Both the position numbers and the translations under genes were made by a program. Below are positions 49,101 through 58,555 of a stretch of 64,000 bases of DNA, in pieces. A model generated the notes under the pieces. That model saw only the letters and a list, made by a program, of their open reading frames with translations, had not been told where the DNA came from and made no database searches. Numbering within the stretch: position 1 is the first letter of the stretch; every line of letters starts with the position of its first letter. The DNA lies in IMG/VR virus record IMGVR_UViG_2939142107_000001, positions 1 through 64,000 of that record. One strand, 5' to 3'. This DNA is from a virus. Taxonomy: Duplodnaviria; Heunggongvirae; Uroviricota; Caudoviricetes.

Positions 49101-49886
49101 ATCAAGCAGGCAATGGACGCAGCAAACGCGCGCATCGCAGCAGAACGGGAAGCCAATCTGAATCATGCAGTCGCCGCACTGACTCAATCGTGGGTAACAG
49201 CAATCAGGGAGGCCGCCACCACAGGGAAAATCACACCTGCAATTGCGGATGTCGTAAACGCCGGCTCTAAATTTATGGATGCCTATCAAATGGATGCGGT
49301 GCAGTTGCCATCAGCCTATGGCCAACTCAGCTATCGCATGACCTACAACCTGGTATCAATGTTTTCCGACCTTGCCATCCTTGGGCTGGTGGATCTTAAC
49401 GAGGTTACGCCGGAATTGCTCAGCATGCGCAAGAATCATGTGGAGATATTGCAGAGAATTAACACGGTTCTTGCCGGGCGCACCGATGAAGAGAAACAGG
49501 CCGACGCTGATCGGATAAACCTGGCCCTTGGCAACATCACGGAGGAAGAAATTGCCGCCAGAAACGAGAAACAAGAAGAGTTATCATCAATACAGGGTGA
49601 TGCCACCAGCATAGCTCAGTCTCTTGGTCTGAATTATCGCGTATCCACCGCCGACCTGAAGATGATGTACGCACCGAAATTCGCCGCTGGCGAGGTATTT
49701 GGGCTTCAGGAAGCCTCAGGCATGAAAGGCGTTCTTTTCCGTGCGAAAGACGCAATCAAGGCGAAATTCGGCGCTCGCTGGCTGCCAGCGAAGGCGAAGA
49801 ACAGCGATTTCCCGGGTAACTGGTGGATTATCGAGACAAAACACAACGTGGCGGACGTTCTGGCCGTCATCCAACAATACGCATAA
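43119..49886 (+). CDS. darB: DarB: giant antirestriction protein (2255 aa) with an N-terminal N6-adenine methyltransferase domain and an SNF2/DEAD-like helicase domain.
   Basis: The length is identical to P1 DarB. Motifs seen are NVPFGG (MTase motif IV-like), GFGTGLGKTTTAL (Walker A) and DEGHNYRN (DEGH box). Confidence 0.85.
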   Translation: MNKLSMGVFRCSSVSEILKYIRAITSHRAPIKYGVEKVEGKSYDRLRREANQKAIDLLNSLVDGATLTDEQRQILAGYTGEGGIGGSVSEYYTPKPIAEGVWEIMKLYGADVGNTLEPSAGTGVFNETKPVGTVMTATEISSVSGRINQLLHPEDSVQISPFEQLAVSTPNDSFDHVVGNVPFGGRDNTRNIDKPYAEETDMGSYFMLRMLDKIKPGGFMCVIVPPSIVSGSNMKRLRLRLSRKAEFLGAHRLPTGTFDANGTSTVVDVVLMRKHPAEMAEKIPLVDESTLESANVLWPTFISGKWFEKDGRRFVHGTQEKGFQGRIEVRADGQIDNQALKAKLIHRFESRIDWSLLDMAEPSPTADVVDEGEMRLINGVWQKYAGGRWIEADAGKELKIEVASYGADSWEALQRNLTTTEGRLGMTFTQMANVRDKYTTSISDDMVQLVDWINSQPEKYRERLYRGAMIGRMLIEYQDMKAAGHSAEQIEQQRLSLVSRLQAEIDRFGNPGRGPIAKLSGSGARAWFAFRGAIKLDGTISDELTGKLVTHDSSASYDSTSYQDTLRYLYSDLTRDPIQLDDFRLAFTGELPASDDELLNLLASTPGIAVSPYGGIVPFARATSGDINEIVAPKQEFLATLPDGPVKNNVLNQLAAIEEKRIKTPAENIRFKLNSRWFDRSVILEFLQENGYPDLRYVQSVQLEGDEMVSDTYHGGDGLFVGHRYGVVQRKDKETGEIRYEWDRKSGENATGFPAQLEKYLNGARIGGKDSATANGYREQMALLEDQFNKWIKTHDRYDELVAKYNDVFNSNIPYEHSGDPLGLKGLSGKRQPFDYQNSEVRRLSEDGRGILGFGTGLGKTTTALALEAFNYENGRSTRTAYVVPKSVLENWYYEAKEFLSEEAFSNYLFVGLDVLMDGDQIRQVPVLDENGKPVLGTDGTPVMRDALKLADEATITARMNAIPHSNYRAVVFTKEQYARIPLRDDTVDEHAQDMLYDFVAAGRVASAMDSDSHRKEAARRRVLSEYSDTGTEKAEKYPYFEDMGFDSVIADEGHNYRNSYKNGREASQLAYLPTSAVAQSARDMAIKNAYLMKKNGGRGPVLLTATPVVNTPIDAYNMLSHVLPKEYWQNMGIYGPDDFVKFFGKTRLETVQKISGEVEEKMALMGFENLDALRGIFHRWVTLKTAEDVKDTVEIPELDEHQQDAPLTEEQLAAYEELRQQAEAAAKANNGVTTSVNEDGVIEHEKARPIFSIIRDMDRVCTDMDLYYRRITYRFLPEYADAVQQLADSLPKQATSEDDDSDDSITQQSQYSLIDKGEFIQLQVPEAFEQEVNKRLARFGIDEQTVTHPVTPKYAKLIATLKEFFPEGKQIIFTDEKTQHQKLKRIICNALNLEPSKVGILNAQTVAEAGKTGKKLKAVKPPKELPDEPTDAQIAKYNEQMALYDAYIAQQNEMSLGGLEKIAADFQEGRTPIIICNKKAEVGINLHRGTTDIHHLTLPWTPASIAQRNGRGARVGSNRASVRVHYYCGKGSFDEYRLKTLKRKAGWISDILRSDKSEMENADANDMIEMQMYTAKDDGERLAMMQVQMDKAKAAKRARQKEQATIDLQNYIKAQHAAGEDVEVLTAELERSKAELEKTTAEVAKFKQAAMAKAADNADWKARWGSVHHTDRMLLAQYRASLKSAIQRKANISQAISRYEKLLNRTQKAATDIKRLRPLVEDAINKGILDVDPDLVNHANEFLVIGDRSWRVGQYYDCAGDIVRIKSLDFDSQRADVEIIFTLRGTKSGNWDVKTLDKQVDVTPDEDAVMQKISGGVSIAGINDIISCDDFYRFQQRGMIKITDSYGVQTTESGYSIDFVGTYTDPLKHAVYPDRRDGALKSSIAKWVLGMMSEGNNRQIRSAETFLVELFGSNYGDVIASYGDTLSPEAIQEKIADAIAKMPEKTSQGATRNGDSELEVTNAIFGTHEFRASDYEITTAQFGTIGIYSNKAEIKQAMDAANARIAAEREANLNHAVAALTQSWVTAIREAATTGKITPAIADVVNAGSKFMDAYQMDAVQLPSAYGQLSYRMTYNLVSMFSDLAILGLVDLNEVTPELLSMRKNHVEILQRINTVLAGRTDEEKQADADRINLALGNITEEEIAARNEKQEELSSIQGDATSIAQSLGLNYRVSTADLKMMYAPKFAAGEVFGLQEASGMKGVLFRAKDAIKAKFGARWLPAKAKNSDFPGNWWIIETKHNVADVLAVIQQYA

Positions 49887-49891
49887 CAGGA

Positions 49892-49910
49892 GCGCCCGGT
49901 TCGCCGGGCG
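49892..49910 (+). terminator. GC hairpin gcgcccggttcgccgggcg after darB. It has no clear U-tract.
   Basis: 8-bp GC stem. Confidence 0.3.
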
Positions 49911-49919
49911 TCGCATAAT

Positions 49920-50360
49920 ATGGCCACACTATCTGATACAATAAAACCGAATAAAACATATCTTGAGGCGGTACTCCGTACAGCGTTGTTAGGAAAGACA
50001 GAAGACGAATACGTTGATTTCTTCCTGTCAGGGCTACGCGGGCGATTACTGAAAAATCCCCGCCTGTACCGCAGCTATGGTCCATACTGGCCGGAAATTA
50101 AAAAATTATTACTGGAGCGCGGTTATGGTAATTTCGGTCGTCTCGTTGACCGTGACGTTCGCAAAATTTACCGTTATGACCGCCCGGCTCTAACACTCAT
50201 AGCCGCGACGCTCTACAGCCAGGAGCGTTTTGATAATGGTCAGATATACTCAGCCTGGCATTTACTGCCAGTGCCTGAAGAAGTTGACGACCAGGACTAT
50301 GAATTTGAGTCTTACGATTTGGAAGTTGAAGCCTTGGCACAGGCTGGAGAGAAAACTTGA
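49920..50360 (+). CDS. ulx: Ulx-like protein (146 aa), a DarB packaging partner by synteny.
   Basis: Immediately downstream of darB, as in P1. Confidence 0.5.
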   Translation: MATLSDTIKPNKTYLEAVLRTALLGKTEDEYVDFFLSGLRGRLLKNPRLYRSYGPYWPEIKKLLLERGYGNFGRLVDRDVRKIYRYDRPALTLIAATLYSQERFDNGQIYSAWHLLPVPEEVDDQDYEFESYDLEVEALAQAGEKT

Positions 50361-50605
50361 AAAAGCGATACTACACAGTAAAGCATGGGACGCTACGAGC
50401 ATTACAAGAGTTTGCTGATAAGCATAACGTTGAGGTGCGCAGGGAAGGGGGAAGTAAAGCTCTGCGCATGTACCGCCCGGACGGGAAATGGCGTACGGTC
50501 GTCGATTTCAAAACTAACAGCGTTCCCCAGGGCGTCCGCGACCGGGCATTCGAAGAATGGGAGCAAATCATCATAGATAATGCATTGCTCCTGAATGCTG
50601 ATTAA
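50357..50605 (+). CDS. Lxc-like small protein (82 aa).
   Basis: ATGA-coupled to ulx, synteny. Confidence 0.4.
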   Translation: MKKRYYTVKHGTLRALQEFADKHNVEVRREGGSKALRMYRPDGKWRTVVDFKTNSVPQGVRDRAFEEWEQIIIDNALLLNAD

Positions 50606-50663
50606 GTTTGTCTAGCCCGGTTAATACCGGGCTGGTTTAGACATCTTAAGTGGGTGTTAATTT

Positions 50664-51173
50664 TTAATTATGGTTAATCATATCTAACAGTATTTTTAGC
50701 TTCCTGCATGTGTTATCAATATCTTTACATAATATGACATCAAGGATGTTTGGTAGTCCTAATACCATATGAGAAATGAAACCCTCGCCAACTTGTAGAT
50801 TATGGGTAGTCTCATCTGGATTCACGTATTCAATGGTTTTAGTTTTATTTATCCCATAATCTTTATAACAGATGATTACAGGAATGTTCTTCTGTTCAGC
50901 AATCTGCAACTCTATTCCTAGCCCTGTTGATGGAAAACTACATTCTGCAATTATTACATCAGATTTCTCAACCATATCTCTGTCCCAAATGTAACAAAGT
51001 CTAGATTTGTTACTTTCAGGGCGCTTTGATAATTCTGGGTCACTATTTATCAAAGCATATTTTACGTTGTTATTTTGAGATAGACCTTTTGCAAGGCTGT
51101 GAATCCAATTACTGTACTCATGGAAAATTTCCCTTGGAACATGAGTTAAAGCGCATGCGATATATATATTCAT
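50664..51173 (-). CDS. Nucleoside 2-deoxyribosyltransferase / DNPH1-like protein (169 aa). It is the second gene of the AT-rich operon that replaces res/mod.
   Basis: N-terminus NIYIACAL (compare IYLAGP). Motif SDVIIAECSFPSTGLGIELQIAEQKNIPVI fits the [D/P]SxGxxxE[L/I]G...KPV catalytic-Glu signature of the NDT family. About 33 percent GC. Confidence 0.55.
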   Translation of the reverse strand: MNIYIACALTHVPREIFHEYSNWIHSLAKGLSQNNNVKYALINSDPELSKRPESNKSRLCYIWDRDMVEKSDVIIAECSFPSTGLGIELQIAEQKNIPVIICYKDYGINKTKTIEYVNPDETTHNLQVGEGFISHMVLGLPNILDVILCKDIDNTCRKLKILLDMINHN

Positions 51174-52213
51174 TAAGAAGCAGACCTTACGTTTGGGATA
51201 AGAAATTGGTGTCCAGTAATTTCAGATGAAATTGCATCTATAAACTGTGACGGAGATTGTTGAATAAATTCAGCAATAATCCAGTTTTCTTTTTCATTTA
51301 GTAACTGTCTTAGCTTAAGTGGGTCATACCGACATAGCTCACTTAATCGATGCATAGCTGCTAGGGTTATAACCAATGGCGATATTGAAACAGAAGTATG
51401 CTCAGATTGATTGTTTTTACGTTTGAGATACCAAAGAGTCTCTGCGCCATTGATATAGTAAAGATCTCTTCTTATTTTTTGATGAAATTCAGTTAATTGC
51501 GGCATGTTGGACGATTGATTTTCATTAAAATCAAGTAATGATTCTACTGATTTTATTTTGTACTTTTCTCTTTCAAACAATTCGAACGCTGGCGGTAGAA
51601 TGTCGAAAACTGTGTCGAACCGAAAATCCTTGGATAAAATCGCAGTGAAAAACAGGCTATTGTCTGACTCATTCAAAACGAACTCAGCATCGATCAGTGG
51701 AATAAATATATCATCAGTTACATCATAAGTAAGGCAATATGTACGATGAATATATGGCAATCCAGAAAAAAGGTTTTTTATATTGTACACCCCCTCATGA
51801 GAGGTGCCGTCAATATATTTTGAAAAAGACGGAAGTATACCCTCATTTTTTATTTTTACTTTTATATCAGATAAGTTATCAATTTGGGCTGTATTTTCAC
51901 CCCTAGCAACACCATGATGCTGTTTGAAGTTTATATTGCGAGATGAAAGTAACGCCTTTACTGCATTCATGAATGAATAATAGTGCAAAAGTGGGGCTGA
52001 TTGGTTGGGTAAACCATTGGCCGCCTGATTAAATACTTTTGCTTGCTCCCAATAAAAAAGAGCCTCATCTTTTTCGTTTCGCTTTAACCAGAGTTCGACA
52101 AAATCCCAATGACTGTATGTAAGTACATTCCTTGCGGTTAGGTCAGGGTTTAATAATGCTTTATGAGGCTTCATGACCTTGTTCCTAATTTTCAGCGGCT
52201 TAATATTCATCAT
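51173..52213 (-). CDS. Unknown 346-aa protein, the first gene of the same operon. Its TAA stop overlaps the ATG of the downstream gene (TAATG).
   Basis: Long AT-rich ORF with 1-nt translational coupling. No motif recognised. Confidence 0.55.
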   Translation of the reverse strand: MMNIKPLKIRNKVMKPHKALLNPDLTARNVLTYSHWDFVELWLKRNEKDEALFYWEQAKVFNQAANGLPNQSAPLLHYYSFMNAVKALLSSRNINFKQHHGVARGENTAQIDNLSDIKVKIKNEGILPSFSKYIDGTSHEGVYNIKNLFSGLPYIHRTYCLTYDVTDDIFIPLIDAEFVLNESDNSLFFTAILSKDFRFDTVFDILPPAFELFEREKYKIKSVESLLDFNENQSSNMPQLTEFHQKIRRDLYYINGAETLWYLKRKNNQSEHTSVSISPLVITLAAMHRLSELCRYDPLKLRQLLNEKENWIIAEFIQQSPSQFIDAISSEITGHQFLIPNVRSAS

Positions 52214-52303
52214 TGTAATAATCCTCCACCCAAAGTTACTAGATTGTAAAATATATATTTTTGTTCCACAACAAAAATCTCTATTGGCTACTGACGTAAT
52301 TAA

Positions 52304-53092
52304 TTATAAATAGTTTTCTTTGCCGGTAAGTAAGCCTTGAGGAACTCGCTTGTCGGCTAGACATTGGGTTCCGCGAATTATGTTAATCAGAGGGCTTAGT
52401 AACGATGGTTCCTGGCGGGCCTCAACTTCTCCAGCCATTGCCCTGATGTAGTCGGCGCTTGCAACGTTGTTATATTCCGTTGCGAAGCAGCATAACAACG
52501 ACAGAACGTGCTCTGTCGTTATTTCGCTCCAGTTGATGTTGAAAAATTCATCGCCTTTTTTGTCGTGTTCGGAATCGAAGATGCTTTGGTGGAGGATGTA
52601 TTTGCCGGATTCTTTGCGCGGTAACTTGATCGCTTTCTGGCGTTCCAGCTCCTTGTAAATCTGCATTGCTTCAATTAGTACCGGCCTGCCGTTCATGAAG
52701 GGATCGCGCAACCTTACACGCTGGCCAACTCGACCCGTAATAAAGCTGTTTTCCTCTTCCACCAGCACGATAAAACCCTTTTCCTCTTTTTCTTGCAATT
52801 CGCGCAGCAGCTGGAGTTCCATATCGCGGCGGCGTTCAGGGTAGCTGGTCCGCTCAGCCATTATCAGCTCATTGTTGATCCATGCGGCAGTCATTGACGC
52901 CGGTTTGCCGACGCTCATCGAAACAACGCATATTTTCTTATCCATAGCGCCCCTTATAAAAAAGAAAAGCCACCAGCGGCGGCTTAGCAATACAACTGAA
53001 GGTAGCGCCCGGTACTCAGACTGTGCCGTCCATGGAATATTTGAAAAGGGATCCATCCGTACCGGGCATGTGATGATTCTGACTGAAGTCAC
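52304..53092 (-). CDS. Hypothetical protein at the P1 mat position. The likely start is MDKKICVV at 52944 (213 aa).
   Basis: Backbone-like GC content. Synteny cre-cra-ref-mat. Confidence 0.4.
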   Translation of the reverse strand: MTSVRIITCPVRMDPFSNIPWTAQSEYRALPSVVLLSRRWWLFFFIRGAMDKKICVVSMSVGKPASMTAAWINNELIMAERTSYPERRRDMELQLLRELQEKEEKGFIVLVEEENSFITGRVGQRVRLRDPFMNGRPVLIEAMQIYKELERQKAIKLPRKESGKYILHQSIFDSEHDKKGDEFFNINWSEITTEHVLSLLCCFATEYNNVASADYIRAMAGEVEARQEPSLLSPLINIIRGTQCLADKRVPQGLLTGKENYL

Positions 53093-53134
53093 TTGTCAGT
53101 TGTCAATTATTTCAGATTAAAAATAATATATTTA

Positions 53135-53800
53135 TTAGTGCATGATGTTTGCCATCTCATAAGCGTCAGCCAGCAACTCCATCTCTGACTTGTTCAGCAA
53201 GGTGAATTCTTTCTTGCCTCCAACCACACCATCGGCATGAACAGGGACCAGCCAGGGGTATTTTTCTCTTACTTCAGCCGGTGCTGCATGCTGGTGGTGC
53301 CATCTACAAAGTGGCAATTGCTTTTTGTGACAACCAGGCGCGGTACGACCGGAGATATGGTGCAGAGACACCTCTTCAGATATTACTCCATGCATATAGC
53401 AGGCAATGCAGGGGAGAGCACCAAGAGCATTGGCTATGCGCCGCTCCTCCGCCGTCGGTGTTCGTCCCTTCAAGCCACGAGATTTTATTTTTACCGCGCT
53501 TTTCCGCGTTTTGCTGGCTGGTGGGCGCTCTTTCTGTTTAGCGATACGGCGGTCGATAGTATTCCGCATTTTCTGATATTGAGATTCTCGCCAGGCCGGA
53601 TCAGCCAACTTCTCCCGTTGCCGAGCGATCGCTCGTTCTCTGGCTGCCTTCTGCCACTTACGGTGCTGTTCAATTTTTTGTTCGATTGTTTTCATATGGC
53701 AAAAAAAAGGCGGCCTGATGGCCGCCAATGATGTCAAGGAGTTAAGTAATGGCAACGTCTTCGTAGTTGACAAAAACTGCGGCTCAATTATAGCAATCAA
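53135..53800 (-). CDS. ref: Ref (recombination enhancement function) HNH endonuclease. The likely true start is MKTIEQKIEQ at about 53692 (186 aa).
   Basis: HNH-like Cys/His cluster CIACYMHGV...HHISGR...CHKKQLPLCRWHH. The length from MKT equals P1 Ref. C1 operators lie upstream. Confidence 0.8.
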   Translation of the reverse strand: MIAIIEPQFLSTTKTLPLLNSLTSLAAIRPPFFCHMKTIEQKIEQHRKWQKAARERAIARQREKLADPAWRESQYQKMRNTIDRRIAKQKERPPASKTRKSAVKIKSRGLKGRTPTAEERRIANALGALPCIACYMHGVISEEVSLHHISGRTAPGCHKKQLPLCRWHHQHAAPAEVREKYPWLVPVHADGVVGGKKEFTLLNKSEMELLADAYEMANIMH

Positions 53801-53814
53801 TTAGAGCAATGGTA
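53787..53814. promoter_or_regulatory. Tandem C1 operator-like sites aattatagcaat/caattagagcaatggta upstream of ref.
   Basis: Core ATTAGAGCAAT plus a degenerate neighbour. Confidence 0.5.
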
Positions 53815-53941
53815 GATATTTTGTTTATCGCGAATCACATTTTTTCACTTCAGTACCTGTGTGCTATACTCCTTCTTGATTGATTGGATGCGGAATACAA
53901 ACCCGCTCTTTTGTGCAGCCTGGCTCCTTGCCAGGCTTTTT

Positions 53942-54253
53942 TTATTTCATCATGGAAGCTGTTAATGCTTTGGACCTTGCTGAACTGATTGAGAGGGCTT
54001 TGTCAACGTGCCCCAAAAATTCGCCAAACTCAGACATCACTTTAGCAAAACCGCGCCGTGCTTCTTCCTCGGTGGCATTCATCACGAAATGTTCAGCACT
54101 ACGCATACTTCTGACAGGGAACGCAACGGATATTGAGTCAATATCAGGCATTCTATCGCTCAGCTTTACAGTGACAATGACGGCTGGCGACTGAATATTA
54201 GTGCTCACTGACAGCACTACATATTTTCCGTCGATGTTGAAATTCTTTCTCAT
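53942..54253 (-). CDS. Cra-like small protein (103 aa) between cre and ref.
   Basis: Synteny only. Confidence 0.35.
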   Translation of the reverse strand: MRKNFNIDGKYVVLSVSTNIQSPAVIVTVKLSDRMPDIDSISVAFPVRSMRSAEHFVMNATEEEARRGFAKVMSEFGEFLGHVDKALSISSARSKALTASMMK

Positions 54254-54270
54254 ATGTCGCCATAAATATC

Positions 54271-54289
54271 AAAGAATTAGAGCAATCAT
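54271..54289. promoter_or_regulatory. C1 operator-like site aaagaattagagcaatcat between cre and the downstream gene.
   Basis: Core ATTAGAGCAAT. Confidence 0.45.
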
Positions 54290-54303
54290 TTACGCGTTAA
54301 TGG

Positions 54304-55335
54304 CTAATCGCCATCTTCCAGCAGGCGCACCATTGCCCCTGTTTCACTATCCAGGTTACGGATATAGTTCATGACAATATTTACGTTGGTCCAGCCACCA
54401 GCTTGCATGATCTCCGGTATTGAAACTCCGGCGCGGGCCATATCTCGCGCGGCTCCGACACGGGCACTGTGTCCAGACCAGGCCAGGTACCTCTGACCAG
54501 AGTCATCCTTAGCCCCGTAAATCAATCGGTGAGTTGCTTCAAAAATCCCTTCCAGGGCGCGAGTTGATAGCTGGCTGGTGGATGATGGCGAGGCAACACC
54601 ATTTTTTCTGACCCGGCAAAACAAGTAGTTATTCGGATCATCAGCCACACCAGAGACGGAAATCCATCGCTCGACCAGTTTAGTTACCCCCAGGCTAAGT
54701 GCCTTCTCTACACCTGCGGTGCTAACCAGCGTTTTCGTTCTGCCAATATGGATTAACATTCTCCCACCGTCAGTACGTGAGATATCTTTAACCCTGATCC
54801 TGGCAATTTCGGCTATACGTAACAGGGTGTTATAAGCAATCCCCAGAAATGCCAGATTACGTATATCCTGGCAGCGATCGCTATTTTCTATGAGTGAACG
54901 AACCTGGTCGAAATCAGTGCGTTCGAACGCCAGTGCCTGTTTTGCACGTTCACCGGCATCAACGTTTTCTTTTCGGATCCGCCGCATGACCAGTGAAACA
55001 GCATTGCTGTCACTTGGTCGTGGCAGCCCGGACCGACGATGAAGCATGTTTAGCTGGCCCAAATGTTGCTGGATAGTTTTTACTGCCAGACCGCGCGCCT
55101 GAAGATATAGAAGATAATCGCGAACATCTTCAGGTTCTGCGGGAAACCATTTCCGGTTATTCAACTTGCACCATGCCGCCCACGACCGGCAAACGGACAG
55201 AAGCATTTTCCAGGTATGCTCAGAAAACGCCTGGCGATCCCTGAACATGTCCATCAGGTTCTTGCGAACCTCATCACTCGTTGCATCGACCGGTAATGCA
55301 GGCAAATTTTGGTGTACGGTCAGTAAATTGGACAT
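54304..55335 (-). CDS. cre: Cre tyrosine recombinase (343 aa).
   Basis: Full-length match to my recollection of P1 Cre (MSNLLTVHQNLPALPVDATSDEVRKNLMDMF ... catalytic RHRY residues). Confidence 0.97.
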   Translation of the reverse strand: MSNLLTVHQNLPALPVDATSDEVRKNLMDMFRDRQAFSEHTWKMLLSVCRSWAAWCKLNNRKWFPAEPEDVRDYLLYLQARGLAVKTIQQHLGQLNMLHRRSGLPRPSDSNAVSLVMRRIRKENVDAGERAKQALAFERTDFDQVRSLIENSDRCQDIRNLAFLGIAYNTLLRIAEIARIRVKDISRTDGGRMLIHIGRTKTLVSTAGVEKALSLGVTKLVERWISVSGVADDPNNYLFCRVRKNGVASPSSTSQLSTRALEGIFEATHRLIYGAKDDSGQRYLAWSGHSARVGAARDMARAGVSIPEIMQAGGWTNVNIVMNYIRNLDSETGAMVRLLEDGD

Positions 55336-55744
55336 TTAACACTCAGATAATGGTTTTAAGTAAAGTGTACAGGATCGGCTCTGCCTTTACCTGTTTATGG
55401 TTCTCGTCATAGAAACGCCAGCGACCGCGCGTGCGTTCTATTTTCTCTTCACCGCGCGATAATGACAGTTGACAACTATCACGATCAAACCCTTTTGCCC
55501 GCCAGTAACCACGGTTTTTCTCAAGCTCAAGATGAGTGGACACTTTAGCAGCTGAATATCCCATTTTTCACCTCTGATTGATTGGTGGTGCTAAGTGCGC
55601 TACGCGAAATCTGGAGCACTAACACTGCCAACATTTCGCAGATTTTACGTAGCGCAACCTTGATCAAATGATCACTATTTGACCTGTAAGGTATTGAACT
55701 GTATGGATTTACAGGTAAATTGATCATGTTCAATAACCCTTTAG

Positions 55745-55778
55745 ATAACTTCGTATAATGTATGCTATACGAAGTTAT
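55745..55778. other. loxP: loxP site ATAACTTCGTATA-ATGTATGC-TATACGAAGTTAT.
   Basis: Exact 34-bp loxP: 13-bp inverted repeats flank the 8-bp spacer. Confidence 0.97.
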
Positions 55779-55821
55779 TAGGTCTGAAGAGGAGTTTACG
55801 TCCAGCTGCGCATAAAAATCA

Positions 55822-55845
55822 ATAATTATTAGAGCAATAAATTTT
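55822..55845. promoter_or_regulatory. C1 operator (Op99-like) ataattattagagcaataaatttt.
   Basis: Reverse complement AAATTTATTGCTCTAATAAT matches the C1 consensus. Confidence 0.6.
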
Positions 55846-55902
55846 GAGAGAAAAATCCCACTCCACCAGCCAAAAACTGGATTGTTTTTCATAGTTGTTT
55901 GA

Positions 55903-55922
55903 CAATTGCTCTAATAAATTAT
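55903..55922. promoter_or_regulatory. C1 operator (Op99-like) caattgctctaataaattat in inverted orientation to the previous one. It overlaps the putative promoter TTGACA (55897-55902)-N17-TAGTTT, which is directed toward coi-c1.
   Basis: Consensus ATTGCTCTAATAAATT. Confidence 0.6.
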
Positions 55923-56080
55923 AGTTTTGCCGCCGTTTCGTAATACGACTTTGGATTCACTATTTAATGTGTCTTCAGCGTTGTAGAGCGGCTCAGAAGG
56001 AAATGAGCAAACAGGGAAACCTTATACAACGGCATTACAGCTATGCATTGCTCATCTTACACACAGCGCAATGTTGTTAG

Positions 56081-57275
<1,195 letters not shown>

Positions 57276-57358
57276 TTAGATTACCCCAGCATGGATCATG
57301 GGTGAAACAGTAGGTCAGAGCTTCAGGCTCTGTGTTGTCAATACAGTGAGGCATAATT

Positions 57359-57568
57359 ATGGCTTTCATTCCACCAACCATCGACGACGTTAGACATTGC
57401 TCTAACGCTTTATCTGTAGACCCCGCCGAAACCGACGCTGCCCGCGCCATTGCTGAACACTACTCAAAGATATCCAATCAGGAGTACCGCATCACCCAAG
57501 ACGACCTGGATGATCTCACTGACACAATCGAATATCTCATGGCCACTAACCAGCCAGACTCACAATAA
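57359..57568 (+). CDS. coi: Coi, C1 inactivator (69 aa).
   Basis: 69 aa, immediately upstream of c1. It contains the internal C1 operator gacattgctctaacgcttta (57394-57413). Confidence 0.7.
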   Translation: MAFIPPTIDDVRHCSNALSVDPAETDAARAIAEHYSKISNQEYRITQDDLDDLTDTIEYLMATNQPDSQ

Positions 57569-57678
57569 ATGCACTAATAAATCTATTATTTTCGTTGGAT
57601 CCTTCTATAATGGTGGCCAACAACTCCCAGTGTAATCCGCTGTGAGTTGTTGGCCATGTCAATTCTGGAGGAGGATCA

Positions 57679-58530
57679 ATGATAAATTATGTCTACGGCG
57701 AACAACTGTACCAGGAGTTCGTCAGCTTCAGGGATCTCTTTCTAAAAAAAGCTGTTGCACGCGCCCAACACGTTGATGCCGCCAGCGACGGTCGTCCTGT
57801 TCGCCCGGTTGTCGTTCTGCCGTTCAAAGAAACGGACAGCATTCAGGCTGAAATTGATAAATGGACTTTAATGGCGCGGGAACTGGAACAGTACCCAGAC
57901 CTCAATATCCCAAAGACTATTTTATATCCAGTGCCTAACATCCTTCGCGGTGTGCGTAAGGTTACTACTTATCAGACAGAAGCTGTGAACAGCGTCAACA
58001 TGACCGCTGGCCGCATTATTCATCTGATTGATAAGGACATTCGCATCCAGAAAAGCGCGGGGATCAATGAGCACAGTGCGAAATACATAGAGAACCTGGA
58101 AGCAACAAAAGAGCTAATGAAGCAGTACCCGGAGGATGAAAAATTCCGTATGCGTGTACACGGCTTTAGCGAAACAATGCTGCGCGTCCATTACATTTCC
58201 AGTAGCCCTAACTACAATGATGGTAAATCAGTTAGTTACCATGTGCCGCTGTGTGGTGTGTTTATCTGCGATGAAACTCTCCGTGATGGAATCATCATCA
58301 ACGGTGAATTCGAGAAAGCAAAATTTAGCCTTTATGACTCTATAGAACCGATCATCTGCGACCGCTGGCCGCAGGCAAAAATATATCGCCTGGCAGATAT
58401 TGAAAATGTAAAAAAACAAATTGCCATCACTCGCGAAGAGAAAAAGGTCAAATCAGCCGCATCAGTTACGCGCAGCCGTAAAACTAAGAAGGGGCAGCCA
58501 GTAAACAGCAACCCCGAAAGCGCGCAATAG
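57679..58530 (+). CDS. c1: C1 primary immunity repressor (283 aa).
   Basis: 283 aa, with an N-terminus MINYVYGEQLYQEF matching P1 C1. Numerous cognate operators are in the window. Confidence 0.9.
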   Translation: MINYVYGEQLYQEFVSFRDLFLKKAVARAQHVDAASDGRPVRPVVVLPFKETDSIQAEIDKWTLMARELEQYPDLNIPKTILYPVPNILRGVRKVTTYQTEAVNSVNMTAGRIIHLIDKDIRIQKSAGINEHSAKYIENLEATKELMKQYPEDEKFRMRVHGFSETMLRVHYISSSPNYNDGKSVSYHVPLCGVFICDETLRDGIIINGEFEKAKFSLYDSIEPIICDRWPQAKIYRLADIENVKKQIAITREEKKVKSAASVTRSRKTKKGQPVNSNPESAQ

Positions 58531-58555
58531 TTTTCCATCCGGCATGGTCAAATTG

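Noticed and set aside
55343-55564. 73-aa ORF on the minus strand between loxP and the cre start
   Set aside because: It lies in the region that holds the cre promoters. It has no convincing RBS or context as a gene and is probably a spurious ORF, though a small coupled upstream ORF cannot be excluded.
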